Shown here one piece after another: positions 10,600 to 23,710 of a stretch of 64,000 nt of DNA. How positions within the stretch are numbered: position 1 is the first letter of the stretch; every line of letters starts with the position of its first letter. The stretch is from Tubiluchus corallicola (Eukaryota; Animalia; Priapulida). The position numbers and the translations under genes were made by a program. The notes beneath the pieces are model-generated. The model was not told where the DNA came from. It did no database searches and worked only from the letters and a program-made list of their open reading frames with translations. The DNA lies in the NCBI GenBank assembly GCA_030141605.1, contig JAQGDQ010000915.1, positions 16,814 to 80,813 of the forward strand, written 5' to 3'.

Positions 10600-11025
10600 A
10601 ATTCTAGCACTATCTGCTTATTCAGATCTCACAGTCGTTTTTGAAAACACAAGACTTTCTTTTGAAGCCAAATCCGGTTCCTTTCATCTTTAGTTGAACC
10701 TGTATTTTTGTACAATGCTGAGCTACGAACAATAAAAGTTAAACAACAGAGGGAAATTGATGGCTTTTAAAGATGTCTCTATAGACAACATTAGTTGTTA
10801 AATGGTCTGGCAGAGTATCCAATGATGATCTGTGTGATGTGGTGAAGAACCCTTGGAGTAAACAAATCCAAGTAAGAAGACTGGTTTGGACGGGCATGTA
10901 CTAAAACTGCCTCAGTAATCTTCACTTTCTGTAGCACTACGTAAAGTTATTGAAACAAGAAAAAAGTCAAGAGAGAGAGTCAGCTACTGACATACATTGG
11001 TATACTGCAAAAAGATTAGCAAAAT
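10600..11025 (+). mobile_element. RTE LINE RT C-terminal fragment (frameshifted)
   Basis: Reads LVEPVFLYNAEL...EIDGF*RCL...VKWSGRVSNDDL...PWSKQIQVRRL/GHVLKLP, an RTE signature. Confidence 0.85.
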
Positions 11026-11084
11026 GTAACTCTAGATTTGGAGGAGGAGGTATATTAACACATATTCATCACTTCTAGCTTTAT

Positions 11085-12279
11085 GGGCAATATTCAAGCC
11101 AAATATCTTTACTCATTATAACTTTGTCCGAAAATTAGAGACGAAAATCATGGTTAGTAACGTTACGGTTTGTCCAGTGATAATCATGACTTACAAAATC
11201 GTGTTAAATCAATAAAAGTTTTGTCAAGAGACAATGTAAATAAGAAGAAACATTAGGAAAGACATGAACTCATGCAGTTATATTTAAAAAAGGGGGGAAA
11301 TGCTTGTTTATTCTTATTAATTAACAAAATTGATTGTTAACCACAGTTCCATAATGAAGAAAATTTGAAATGCGTGCGATTGTCCACTACGTCTAGGTAT
11401 CCAGCGGGGCAATCATCTAATATCTTATGTAGAAAATAGCACCTTTACTGAAGGCCATTTTCAATACTTCCCTACAGGCACCATTACAGAGACCTGGAAC
11501 TCTCCTGGAAACTGCTTTCCATCATAATCAACAATGTACCAGTCTCCCACTTCAATGGGGTAACACTGCTGCTCTGAGTTGCTTCATCTCCCTTACGAGT
11601 CTCTTGTTGATTGTCTCTGCAGAGGACATAGGCTACAACCTCATCATTCACCACTTTAAAGAAGAGCATCTTTGCAATGCCTGAAATGGTCATGGCTTCA
11701 CTGAAGAAGACATCAAGGTTCAGCTTCTCATTCCTCCTTGATATTTCACTAGATGTAATCTTAGACGAACAGATATGTTCTTCGTGATTAGTGTGATACT
11801 TGTTTTCACATCTTAACTAGTCATTGCACACAGTAAGAGAATTTGAAATAATGTGATTTGTGGAGATTTTATATTCTCGGGAGGTAAATAAATTCATTTT
11901 TCGGCTAGTAACGTTGCATGGCTTGCAGAGGGAGGGAAAATGCAACTATGTTGGCATTTTCAAAACGTATCTGTCAATTTTGCCAATATAAATCCACGAA
12001 GGCACTACACTGCCTATATGAATTTGATACTTCTCATTGGAATGCATTATTTATTTTGAATATATAGCTTCTTTACCATTATACAGATTTTGCCAATGAA
12101 ATATAGCATGAAAGTACACTCATTCAAAAGTGGTGAATTCAGTATCTAAAACTAACCATATACCCTGACAAATACTTTTCCCTGAAACTTCAATGTGTCT
12201 TTTACTAAGTCAAACAAAAAAATATGGAAAAAACAAATTGAAATTTTAGGGTCATGTCTCTCTAATTGTGGAATTGCCC
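11085..12279 (-). mobile_element. Decayed DNA transposon, possibly Sola2-like, with a Tudor/SH3-like coding remnant
   Basis: Ends are GGGCAAT... and ...GTGGAATTGCCC. The minus strand at ~11560-11430 reads PIEVGDWYIVDYDGKQFPGE/FQVSVMVPVGKY*KWPS. No clean TSD. Confidence 0.45.
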
Positions 12280-12813
12280 ATTTAGTTTTGAGAAAAAAAC
12301 ACTTATTTTAATATCTAGTATTAAGCGGCCATTAATCGACAGTATTAATACGTCATTAATTTGTCAATACGAATTGAGAGTATTTCCACTGAGTGTGTCA
12401 TGAGTCATTTATTCAAACTTCGCAGGGTTTTGAACGACCTGTAACGTCACAGTAGATCGTCAAACAGAAACCATATCAGATTTTCAACATCACGGCGAAG
12501 TAGACCTCTTTATAGGTTCTCACTTGTCAAGCGAATAACCAATCAGGAAAAGTATTTAAAAAAACACACGTTGATCCCTATTTCTGAGAACTTCTACATT
12601 CTAGCGGCTCTACGTTTTTTGACACCTCGTATTCTTGTCTCAAGTTATCAGGTTTCACTAGTCGAAGCAGTTAAAGGCAGTAATGGATATCTCCTGTTTC
12701 CCTGTTATTTGTGACTTGTTATATGAAACACTTTCCCTGTTCTCTAGGTGTCTCGTTGTCCCGTTTGTGTTTAATAAACTGTTATGTGCTTTGCTCTGTC
12801 AGGGAGTGCTTAA

Positions 12814-13401
12814 AGGAAGACAGGATGATTTTTCATATACTACCCCATTTTCATGTCCGATAAAAAGTATACATTTTAACACAATTGCATTTTAGTACTG
12901 CAAAAGCGTTTCTGATAATTAAATAATAGATTAAAAATTTAATTAACGGCTATTGATGACATCACAAACATAATTTTCAATAGCAAAAATATTCCATGTT
13001 GCACTAGTTTGCGAAAGTCAAAATAGAAGTACAGTGCTACTGTAAGATACTCAGTGTGTTGTATTAAAACTAGGCAAGTTATAAAATTCAAATTTCAAAC
13101 TTACCGCTGTGCTCACGCATGAGCTGTCGAACGTATGTAGTTCGTCACAACCTAACACATCTGAACTGAACGGTATGCACCTGTTTTTTATGCAATATCC
13201 GAAATGCAGGCAGCGCATGTCTAATTAACGAATGGCGAAATGCATGTAACAGCGAAGAACTAGTGACGCAAACGTGAAATTGTATTTGTGTAGTAACAAT
13301 TCTTTCACGTAAGTCATTTTTGAAAAATAGTATGTTTCCTTTCAATATTTTAAAGAGTTGATTATTTTGACTTACAGTTTAAGATTGGGTCCGGTTTTCC
13401 T
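12814..13401 (+). mobile_element. Kolobok/T2-type MITE, family A, complete copy
   Basis: TTAA|AGGAAGACAGGA ... TCCGGTTTTCCT|TTAA, with TTAAAGGRR-type termini and further copies in the window. Confidence 0.88.
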
Positions 13402-13435
13402 TTAAACTCCGGAGCATTGTTATTCCACTGCTCAC

Positions 13436-13763
13436 TTGTATGTCTTAGAAGAAGAAGAATTTTAAGTTTGTGTTACGGGGCGTTCAGGTTAGTGAGTGGT
13501 TCTACCGTGAATTTTCTCTTTGATAGGAAACTCATAAGTGTGAATTGCTTTACGAGTTACTGTCGGCAAGTTTCTGCAAACTATCCGACAGTTACTGTGT
13601 TGTATGTCTTAGAAGAAGAATAATTTTAAGTTTGTGTTACGGGGCGTTCAGGTTAGTGAGTGGTTCTACCGTGAATTTTCTCTTTGATAGGAAACTCATA
13701 AGTGTGAATTGCTTTACGAGTTACTGTCGGCAAGTTTCTGCAAACTATCCGACAGTTACTGTG
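13436..13763. repeat. 164-bp tandem duplication spanning a MITE left end and its flank
   Basis: TTGTATGTCTTAGAAGAAGAA... starts at 13436 and again at 13600, near-identical. Confidence 0.95.
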
Positions 13764-13968
13764 AGTTGATTTGCTTTCTAGTGTGAACGCTTTAGCGAGT
13801 TACTCTCGACACAGTGAATAAAGTGAGTGTCAGCACGCGCTTATTGTCAGAGAGTAACTCGCAGCAAGTTTTAGTACTCTAGTCTGAACACGCTTGTGGG
13901 TTAAGCAGAGATACAGCAAAGGTTACTTGAGTTAATTTGGCAAGAAAACTCGCTAGTCTGAACACGCC
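13641..13968. mobile_element. PIF/Harbinger-like MITE
   Basis: Left end GGGGCGTTCAGGTTAGTGAGT versus right-end reverse complement GGCGTGTTCAGACTAGCGAGT. Confidence 0.55.
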
Positions 13969-14838
13969 TTTCATGTGAATGCGAAAATCAGATGATAAAC
14001 GCAATATTTGTGCTGCAAGGCAAAGTTAATGAAAGCTTTTATTAACTTAGTTACAGACGAATGCATTGCGCGCACTATAACTAGTAAAATTACGCCCGCC
14101 TAATTTTTTATAACATATAAGGTAATACGTTGTTGTATGCATAGCTTGTTATATTTTGCTTGTTATTGTTGTTTTTGTTGTTGTCTTTGCTATGTAACGT
14201 TACTACTGCGGGGTATTGTATATTGCTATATATTAATTTACACTATTCTGCATGGCTATGTAATTTAACTTTGTAAAGTTTCTGGTCTGTAAACAGAGGC
14301 CATTTGTATGTTTCAGTATCCATTATACAAATAGAAGGGCTATCACACCATCACCATTGTCATCGTCGTCATCATCATCATCGTCGTCGTCATCATCGTC
14401 TGGCTTCGTAATCCGGAAAAGGTCATCAGCAGAGTTTTAAAAGTTCTTCAAACGATTGGATCCAAAGTGAATATGACGTAATCCTATCTACATAGCGTTT
14501 TCAGGTTGTTAATAACAAGAACAGAATCAATTTGATGAAGATTCAGCAGATTCAACGAATTTTATATCATTGTTATTAAAATAAATCAATATTTCAAGTG
14601 CACATCACCGAGTAACAAGAAACGATACCTACAAATGATACAAATGACTGGTTATTTTCATTCGTAAGACAATTTACTTGTTACAAGTCAAAGCGTGAAA
14701 AGTAAACGTATTTAACACTGGCGTAGTTAAACACGCCATACTCAAATAGTTAGTGATACGCGAACATTCCACGTAGTAACTTTGCTTTACAACTCTTGAA
14801 TTCTAGAGCAACTCTATAACGTGCAGCTGCACTGCAAG

Positions 14839-15155
14839 CACGGCTGGATAACCCTATAGACTAATACAGGCTGTAGCCTAGGGCCCCTCCAACTTTTGGC
14901 AGCCAAAGTTTGAGGGGCCCTGCTAAAAGATTTTCAAATATAACCTTTTTTTGAAAAATAAGTATAATATTTTAACATTTTACATTTGACTTAAAATAAA
15001 ATTTCAACTTCAAAAAACGAGGCCTGGGTGTCTGAAACCCCAATATTAAAAAGTGGGCTTCTTTGTGGTCCCCTTATTTGGGATAAAGGGCAATGTTGAG
15101 GGAAGCCCATGATTTGATTAGGCTAGGGATCCCAGTAGGTCATAACCCGACCCTG
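14839..15155 (+). mobile_element. hAT-type MITE (same family as 37882-38250)
   Basis: Shares CTGGATAACCCTATAGACTA at the left end and GGTCATAACCCGACCCTG at the right end with the 37.9-kb copy. Confidence 0.7.
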
Positions 15156-15738
15156 GCTATAAATATAATTAAAGGCAACTGCATCTCAAATTGGGAGCAC
15201 CAGCCCAATTGGGTATTAGTCCCAGACGGTCCAAACCGGCGTCATACGTAGTCACATAACTTTTCCTACAAATGCTTTAAATTTTAAGACTTATAAAGTT
15301 GGAGGTACCTCAGTTTCACTTATGAACAAAAGAAGCAACGCTGTGGCTTGTGTGAGTATTATCTCTGACAGGTATTTTTGAGCTCGGACTGGGCATTATT
15401 TTCCTAATGGCGAAGCATTTAACAATATTATGTTTGTAGTTCTTGTTTGCAAATAAAATTGCATCGTCATGAGTTTTGCTCAGTTTGCGCAGCAGTCGAG
15501 TTAGTTTAATTGTTTTTCTGACTGCAAAAAGTTTCAAAGCTGTTTGTTTGTTTGCTTTCCCACTTCAACTCAAATATCCAATTAAATTAAATTCCTTTTC
15601 AAAAAACTGTTAACAGTTAAAAACAGTCAAAACAGTTAACAGTTGAAAAACACGCGGTAGCAGCAATTAACGCACATCTAAGTGCACAGAAAAGTTACTG
15701 TTACAGTTGTAGAAGGGGAAGGGAAGTTTCGGCACGAA

Positions 15739-15866
15739 TCTAGCTACGCCACTGACATAATCTAACTACGCCACTGACATGATCTAGCTACGCCACTGAC
15801 ATAATCTAGCTACGCCACTGACATAATCTAGCTACGCCACTGACATAATCTATCTACGCCACTGAT
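15739..15866. repeat. 22-bp tandem repeat x~6 made of a hAT-like TIR plus flank
   Basis: Unit TCTAGCTACGCCACTGACATAA. CTAGCTACGCCACTG is the reverse complement of the hAT-type start CAGTGGCGTAGCTAG. Confidence 0.85.
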
Positions 15867-15879
15867 ATGATAAATAAAC

Positions 15880-16260
15880 TGTGACGTGGAACGAGCGTTG
15901 CATGGGGGATACTGCAACTCCATCTATGTTGGTGCCTAAGCATGCCTATCTTAATCCACTTGATATATTGCAGAATCGTGCTGTCAGTCTGGTTGGGCCT
16001 CATTTAGGGTCGGTCCGCACTGCAGTCCTTGTTCATCGAAGTTCAATTCCTACATTAGGCATATTTTATCATTACTTCTATGGAAGATGTTTTCGGCATC
16101 TCTGTTTATTGCTCTCTAAATTCCGACAGTCTGATAGAAGCACCCTTTTGAAGCTGGTTCTCAAATCTTCATAACAGACATACATAGATGCAAAACAGCT
16201 GCTTATCGCAAGTTTATTCCTTTTGGCCTCTTGTCTGTAGAATTCTCTACCCGAAAATTG
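15880..16260 (+). mobile_element. CR1-group LINE ORF2 C-terminal remnant
   Basis: LNPLDILQNRAVSLVG...LVHRSSIPTLGIFYHYFYGRC matches the LD.IQ.RA..L.HRR..FY.Y..G.C motif. Confidence 0.8.
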
Positions 16261-17775
16261 TCAGCCTTTCGCGTTTGAAACTAAGTGCAGCCGATTTTAG
16301 GCGGAGTCGAATAAATTTAAAAGTTATGGCTTCACATTACAGAGTGAATTACACGCCGTCTTTCTACATAATTTATAAATCAATTTGAATTTGACCTTAC
16401 TCAAACCGCTGAAGCCCTTTTGCGGCAGAAATGATTTCTGTCGATCGAAACGCCAACAAGAACTGCTCTAAATGGCAAATCAATCGAACTAATCACGTTG
16501 AGGGCTCTAACAGAAGTACGGAGTAGCGAAGCGTATGCAAATTAAAGCAGAGGTCCCCGTAAAATTGCAGATTCACTGTTGAAAATTGGTGAAAAGTTGC
16601 TAGTATTATTCTTGAAGACAAAACTGCAATTGTAGGCGCTGAGTACCAAAACATGGCAAAAAATTTATGAAATTTCATTTGTTGAAAATTGATAAATGGC
16701 AAGAAAATCCATAACTTATATAAATTTTAAAAAAATCATCTTTTTACGCTTTTATTACAAACAGAATCTAATTTTGCCTGTCGTAGCGTGATGGCAACTA
16801 TATCGTGTTTTGAGAACATCTACAATTCAATGTTTTTTAATGTCTTTGTATCTAAAAAATTTAGTTCAATTCACTTCTCACATTCTTCAAAGAAGTTTTA
16901 GCTCATTGAAATCACAGAGCAGCACTTAATACCACACATTTCCAAAGAAACGCAAAATGGAAGCTACAAATCTTAAAAAAGTGAGTTCAAAATAGCAAAT
17001 GTAAAAAAAATAACAGAAATTATCCTTTATTTCTTGCCAAAGATGGCGCCACTTGTTTTAAATAACATAGGGTATGGCACTTGTACTTGTAAAAAACTGT
17101 CAGTGCCACAAAAAAATTTACACTTGAAAAAAACCACAAAAGTTACATAGTGTTTAAAGGTAAAACAGCCACTTTGTAACGTGACGGCGACACCAGAGCT
17201 GTAAGCAGATTTGTCAACAATAAATTACGCACAACATGGTGACGCCTATTGGCAAATAAAGAACATTTTGGTCTAGTGCTTCTTCAAAGAAATGAATAAA
17301 ATTAGCAATTCTGAATTTCTGAACTTATAAACCTATGTATTTAATTTAATAAACTTCCCCACTAGCATAATAATATTTTTATTATACCCATATTTATATT
17401 TGTATATATTGTAATATTGTATCTGTATATATTGTAATTTTTTCGTAACTAATTCTAGTGGCCTAACATAAGCTAAGTTCTTAGGTTTCTAGCGCAGAAT
17501 TCATGAATTGTATCATATTTTTGTATTAACAAAAACTGATTATCGATGCACATGTAATGTATATGTTTATTGCGAAATAAATCTATTAAATCTAAAATCT
17601 AATCTACTAAAACCACACAATCGCTTGGGCTAAGACGTCACTAATTCTTCTCACGTCATCTCATTAATGACGTCACTAATTCTGCTCACGTCATCTCATT
17701 GATGACGTACACGTTCGTTTTTTGTCACCTCTGCAGTTCTTGTTTGTGACGTCACATAGAATTTTACCATACAAT

Positions 17776-17880
17776 TTATGATGATGATGATGACAAATCT
17801 TTTATTGAACAAAATTATAATAGAAAAGTATACAGACGGTGAGTCCATTTGCAGGCAGATGCTTACAAAAGATTTGCGAA
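17776..17880 (-). mobile_element. 3' tail of a LINE (L2-like)
   Basis: The minus strand ends ...AATAAAAGATTTG(TCA)n. Confidence 0.45.
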
Positions 17881-18019
17881 TTTACGACAAAATGTAGTGC
17901 AATCTTATTTTTTAACGAAACAAAAATAATAAACGATAAGAAACTTCATTAGAAATCTAACGTACGATATTTTATGTTGCTTACCGTACAAACCTACAGT
18001 TAATGAGTAAAAAATGATT

Positions 18020-18185
18020 TTCTTTTGCAATTCTTAATCGATCACTGCCAAAATCAAGCAGGTTCGTCTTTGTCTTATTCCCCAAACCCTCCAAATAGGT
18101 TCGTACACATCGGTTGAGTAGTTTTTGCGTAATCCTGTTCACAGACAGGCAAACAAACAATCAAATAGCGATGAAAACATAACGA
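18020..18185 (+). mobile_element. Helentron/HINE-like 3' subterminal fragment
   Basis: GTAGTTTTTGCGTAATCCTGTTCACAGACAGGCAAACAAAC...GATGAAAACATAAC is a motif typical of such elements; the terminal hairpin is missing. Confidence 0.45.
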
Positions 18186-18702
18186 ATCCGGGTAACAAAG
18201 TCACAGGTAAAAAAGTTATAGAAAAAAGTTACAGGAAGAAACGTCATAGAAAAAAGTAAAAAGAAAAAAGTCATAGAAAAAAGTTACAGGAAGGAAAGTC
18301 ATAGAAAAAAGTTCCAGGAAAAAAGTCATACAAAAAAGTTACAGGAAAAAGTCATAGAAAAAATTACAGGAAAAAATAAATAACAGTAACCACAACCCTA
18401 GACAAAATTAATTGTGCCTTTGGAAGGAGTTACCAATTTCCCACGCAGTTTAAATACCCTAACCTTAACTCTACCCCAACCCTAACCCTAACCCCAACCC
18501 CAACACTAACCCTAACCCCAACCCCAACCATAACCCTAATCCTAACCCCAACCCCAACCTTAACCCTAATCCGATTCACTAACTAATCTCTTGCGTGTGG
18601 GGGAATTGTAAACTTTAGCCGTGACTTTTTTGCTGTGACTTTTTCCTGGCCGAAATTGTGACCTTTTCCGTGACTTTTTTCCTGTGACTTTACTACAGGT
18701 CA
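18186..18702. mobile_element. Non-autonomous DNA element with inverted repetitive subterminal arrays and an internal (CCCTAA/CCCCAA)n tract
   Basis: Left arm (AAAAAAGTCAYAGR)n, right arm (CYGTGACTTTTTT)n, telomere-like tract at 18457-18569. Confidence 0.7.
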
Positions 18703-19109
18703 TCAAACATAACCTCATTGACAGAGTGTAATAAAGTACACAAAAGTATGCGTTACGTGGAACTTTTACACTTGCAAAACATTCACTTAAATTGTGTGAA
18801 TAAAGGTCGCTTGAATCAAATTCAAAGTTGCGCAACATTTCAGCAAGTAAATTTCTATAACGATTCAATTACTTCGCTGTTGTTATTCTGATCTCGCACA
18901 ACAAGTCACATCTGTCGCTGTTTCACTGTTTATCCAAACAATTTGTTGCCTTTTTCTTCTGCCTTACTTATTTATTTTCTCAAGACGGAAACGACAAAAA
19001 CGTTTGCTAACGGAAAACGGCCAATCCCAGAGGCGGCACTTCATTCGATTCTCAACTTTCCTGAATGTTTTTGGTTTTTCATTGAAAATGGGAAAAACCT
19101 AACCGTAAA

Positions 19110-19646
19110 CTACAGTTCATTCAAAACATTCTAATCAATATTGAAGCGGAATGCATTGTTCGTTTTCTAATGACTTACGTAAAAGAATTATTGCCACGGC
19201 AACCTTTGCTGTTACATGCATTTCGCCAATCGCTAGTTAGATGGGCATTAGCGCCTGCATTTGCACAAAAAGCAGGTGCTGTATCTCTCAGTTCAGGGGT
19301 GTTCAGTTGTGACATAATGCATACTATCCAGAGCTCATGCGTAAACACAGAGGGAAGCTTGAAATTTAATTTTAAACTTAAAATTTGCCGAGTTCTTCTG
19401 TATCACATTAAATGCTATAAAGTAGTACATGTATTTCCATTGTCACTTTCGCTAACAGAATATTTATGTTATTGGAAATTATGTTCAGTTCTGATGTCAT
19501 CACTAGTTGGACGCGCCCGCCGTTAATTACGTTCTGAACATATTATTTAATTATCAGAAACGCTTTGGCATTACTATGGTGTTAAAATGTATACTTTTAC
19601 CGTACTTCAAAATGGAGTAGGATATGACAAACCATTTTGTTTTCCT
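19110..19646 (-). mobile_element. Kolobok/T2-type MITE, family A, diverged copy
   Basis: Reverse complement of the 12814-13401 element; ends TTTTCCT|TTAA. Confidence 0.75.
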
Positions 19647-20084
19647 TTAAACGGTAACGAGCCTAACTTTGACGTTATATTATGGGGATAATTATACAAA
19701 AGCATGGGCGAGTTCAAATCAAACAGCATCAAATATGGAATACGGCAAACGGGTGGTTTAAACAGTTTCGTTAAATGCAGAATGCAAGTTAACGTAGGTG
19801 TTGCTTTCACAGCACTTGCGTATAGAAACTGCAGTTTCAAAAAATGATCAATCATCAAAAAGGGGAACTGCGCAAAGGTTTATTGAGGACTAAAAATTGA
19901 AGAACGTTCAAAGTTTCGTTTTTTTTTGCTGCACAACGTTTAGAAGCCAGCAGGTGCGGTTTATAAACTACTAGAAAAGGAAATAGCAAATTTCCAAATA
20001 TGCAAAGGACAAAGAGGTTGTGAACAAATTCAAACTCTATAGAATAATAGTTCTTTCGTTAGAATGTTCTGATTCGATAATACT

Positions 20085-20096
20085 TGTCTCTCTCTG

Positions 20097-20149
<53 letters not shown>

Positions 20150-20158
20150 GTCTCTCTG

Positions 20159-20220
<62 letters not shown>

Positions 20221-20377
20221 CCTCCCTCCCTCCCTCCCTCCCTCTCTCTCTCCCTCTCTCTCTTTCTTTCTGTCTGTCTCTCGCTGTGTCTCTCGCTATC
20301 GCTCTCTCTTTCCCTGTCTACCTGTCTATCTGTTTATCTCTGTCTGTCTGTCTGTCTGTCTCTCTGCCCGTCTATCT
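20085..20377. repeat. (CT)n/(CTGT)n compound microsatellite
   Basis: Direct reading. Confidence 0.97.
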
Positions 20378-21264
20378 CAAATTTAATTTTAATAGAGGAA
20401 ATCCCTGTAGATTCATAACTAATTCTCGTGGCCATCGTATGTATTTTCTTCTTTAAAGCAACATTTCGAGGTATTGCTACGTTTCGTTATTGCATAAAGT
20501 TTTTGTCATTCTGGGTTCCGTCTAGCCAGAAGCTAAAGTAAATATATCGATACCGTATCTACAGCCATTCCAAGTCACGCAACATCTGCAGGGCAAAACC
20601 TATAATAATTATACCGATCAGACATATTGCAGAGTTAAATTGTTGCTCCAAACTTTTCGCGTTACATTATGAAAACCAGCAGAAACGCAGCTTCATTCTT
20701 CAGTAGTCAATGACGAGTACAGGAAACTTCACTGAAAGGGAAATTATTGTGAAGATATTGCGGAATATTGTTTCTGATGTTTAAGGCTTAGTAGTAGTAG
20801 TAGTGTTACGTAGCTTGTAATCCAGGGTGATGTTTCTTTAGTAGTAAATTATGTAGCTTGTGCTCCACAACGATCGTAGTTCTGTAGTTAATTTCATCAA
20901 GCTGTGGCCAAGTGTGATATTTCTTTAGTAGTAAGGTTCTGTAGCTTGCGACTCACCATTTCTTGATTAGGCAGAACTTGTACGCCACTGAGGTAATATG
21001 TGACCTTAATTATGTGAACCCTTAAACCAGCAATTTCTATTTTAATACATGTGGTATCTAAAATGTCATAACATTGTCCCTTATCCTATATGACAATTTT
21101 GGACCAAAATCAAAAGCACCTAACCAAAGTGCAAAGTCTAAAAATGACAACCTCAGACACATCCAGCAAAATAAATTGGATAGTGAAAATCGTAGTAAAT
21201 TACTACGAATAATGCTGATGCTTGGACAAGCCAATTATAACAATTATGTAATACTATCGATAAT

Positions 21265-21390
21265 ATGTCCTGTTCTGTCCTGTCCCGTCCAGTCCTGTCC
21301 GGCTTTGTCGGATTCTGCCCTATAACTCCTGCCCTGTTCTGTCCTGTCCGGTTCTGTGCTGTCATGTCATGTCTTGTGCTGCACTGTCCA
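21265..21390. repeat. Degenerate (CTGTC)n pentamer repeat
   Basis: Direct reading. Confidence 0.85.
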
Positions 21391-21697
21391 GTTGCAAACG
21401 AAGTAGTAATAAAATTGTTAATTTACGGGAAAGGTAAAGTTTGGTCAAGTTATGTTTGCAAGGTGTAATTATTAGTATAATTATGCAGGTTAAAACGGTA
21501 AATGAACTAACCTTCCCATCTTTAGTGCCTCATAGTTTGCTCTTCCCACACCACGCGCGCCACCTGTAATCAATGCCAGTTTACCTTTGATCTTCATCGA
21601 TGCGTTTTTTTGCTTTAAAAACTATAAAAATTGCGTGTGCTAAAAAGTTGGCTGTTGGGCTTTTAGCAGCTGGTGCGCAGAGCCTTCTAAGCACGTT

Positions 21698-23075
21698 GCC
21701 CTGTCCTGTTCCACTCTTCTCTGCCCTGTTCTACTCTTCTCCTTCCTGTTCTACTCTTCTCTGGCCTGCCCTGCCCTGCTCTACTCTTCTCTGCCCTGCT
21801 CTTCTCTTCTTTGCCCTGCTCTACTCTTCTCTGCCCTGTCCTGCTCTACTGTTCTCTGTCCTGCTCAACTCTTCTCTGCCCTGTTCTACTCTTCTCTTCC
21901 CTGTTCTACTCTTCTCTGCCCTGTCCTGCTCTACTGTTCTCTGCCCTGTTCAACTCTTCTCTGCCCTGTTCTACTCTTCTCTGCCCTGTTCTACTATTCT
22001 CTTCTCTGCCCTGCTCTTCTCTTCTTTGCCCTACTCTTCTCTTCTCTGCCCTGCTCTACTCTTCTCTGCCCTGCTCTACTCTTCTCTTCTCCGTCCTGTT
22101 CTCTGCCCTGCTCTTCTCTTCTCCGTCCTGTTCTATTCTTCTCTTCTCAGCCCTGTTCTACTCTTCTCTGCCCTGCTCTACTCTTCTCTTCTCCGTCCTG
22201 TTCTCTGCCCTGCTCTTCTCTTCTCCGTCCTGTTCTATTCTTCTCTTCTCTGCCCTGTTCTACTCTTCTCTGCCCTGCTCTACTCTTCTCTTCTACTCCT
22301 CTTCTCTGCCCTGCTCTACTCTTCTCTTCCTGCTCTACTCTTCTCTTCTCTGTCCTGCTCTACTCTTCTCTGCCCTGCTCTACTCTTCTCTTCTCTGTCC
22401 TGCTCTACTCTTCTCTGCCCTGCTCTACTCTTCTCTGCCCTGCTCTACTCTTCTCTGCCCTGCTCTACTCTTCTCTTCTCCGTCCTGTTCTCTGCCCTGC
22501 TCTTCTCTTCTCTGCCCTGCCCTGCTCTACTCTTCTCTGCCCTGCTCTACTCTTCTCTTCTCTGCCCTGTCCTACTCTTCTCTGTCCTGCTCTACTCTTC
22601 TCTTCCCTGTCCTGCTCTACTCTTCTCTGCCCTGTTCTACTCTTCTTCCCTGTCCTGCTCTACTCTTCTCTGCCCTGTTCTACTCTTCTCTTCTCTGTCC
22701 TGCTCTACTCTTCTCTGCCCTGCTCTACTCTTCTCTGCCCTGTTCTACTCTTCTCTGCCCTGTCCTGCTCTACTCTTCTCTGCCCTGTCCTGCTCTACTC
22801 TTCTCTGCCCTGTTCTACTCTTCTCTTCTCTGTCCTGCTCTGCTGTTCTCTGCCCTGTCCTGTTCTACTCTTCTCTTCTCCGTCCTGTTCTACTCTTCTC
22901 TGCCCTGCTCTACTCTACTCTTCTCTGTCCTGTTCTACTCTTCTCTTCTCTGTCCTGTTCTACTCTGCCCTGTCCTGCTCTACTGTTCTCTGCCCTGTTC
23001 TACTCTTCTCTGCCCTGCTCTAATCTTCTCTGCCCTGTTCTACTCTCTCTGCCCTGCTCTACTATTCTCTGCCCA
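21698..23075. repeat. ~1.4-kb pyrimidine-rich pentamer satellite (CTCTT/CTCTG/CCCTG/CTCTA/TTCTA)
   Basis: Direct reading; it accounts for the spurious 534- and 442-aa ORFs. Confidence 0.97.
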
Positions 23076-23592
23076 GTTCTCTGTGTCGTTTCGTCCAACG
23101 ACCTCGTCGTCATTTTTCTATATGCAAGTCCTATCCTAATTAGAACATATGCAATAGCTTTGATCTCTGTTTCACAGCAGCCCATACATACAGACCCTGA
23201 GTAGTCTACCCCGTGTGATGAAGATTAATACACTTATTCTCGTCACGAAAACATAATCAGAAAAATCTAAACCGTTATGGTTTTTGCTGCAGAAAACCTA
23301 TATATCTGTCTCTCTTAGATGACGTTTTTGCCTTAATCTGAGACGTGCAATGGACATACATGGGAAAATTGATTCGCTTTAAAACTTTGAATTAATGGCT
23401 TGCTCAAGAAAAATGTCAATTTCTCGAGCAAAATTTGAAAAAGGCTTCCTTAAAAAGGCCTGTAATGAAACCTTCTTTACATTTTTGTAATTTGATCTTA
23501 GCTAAGCTTATGTAAATTCTCATGACTGGTGAATTTGCCTACATACAAGTTATATCAACAAATTAATTCCTTTTTGCCTTTATTACTTCGTT

Positions 23593-23710
23593 TATTCATT
23601 CATTCGCTCATTTATTATTTCTATCACTCATTCGTTCATTCATTCGTTCGTTCATTCTTTCTCTCACTCACTAATTCGTTCATTCTTTCTTTCTTTCATT
23701 CATTCATTCA
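23593..23710. repeat. Degenerate (TTCA)n microsatellite
   Basis: Direct reading. Confidence 0.85.

Noticed and set aside
18457-18569. Telomere or interstitial fusion site
   Set aside because: A short, degenerate CCCTAA/CCCCAA tract enclosed by the inverted arms of a DNA element.
21600-23204. 534- and 442-aa Leu/Ser/Cys-rich ORFs
   Set aside because: Translations of a stop-poor pentamer satellite. The ORFs at 20020, 31012, 46303, 61986 and 63221 are rejected for the same reason.
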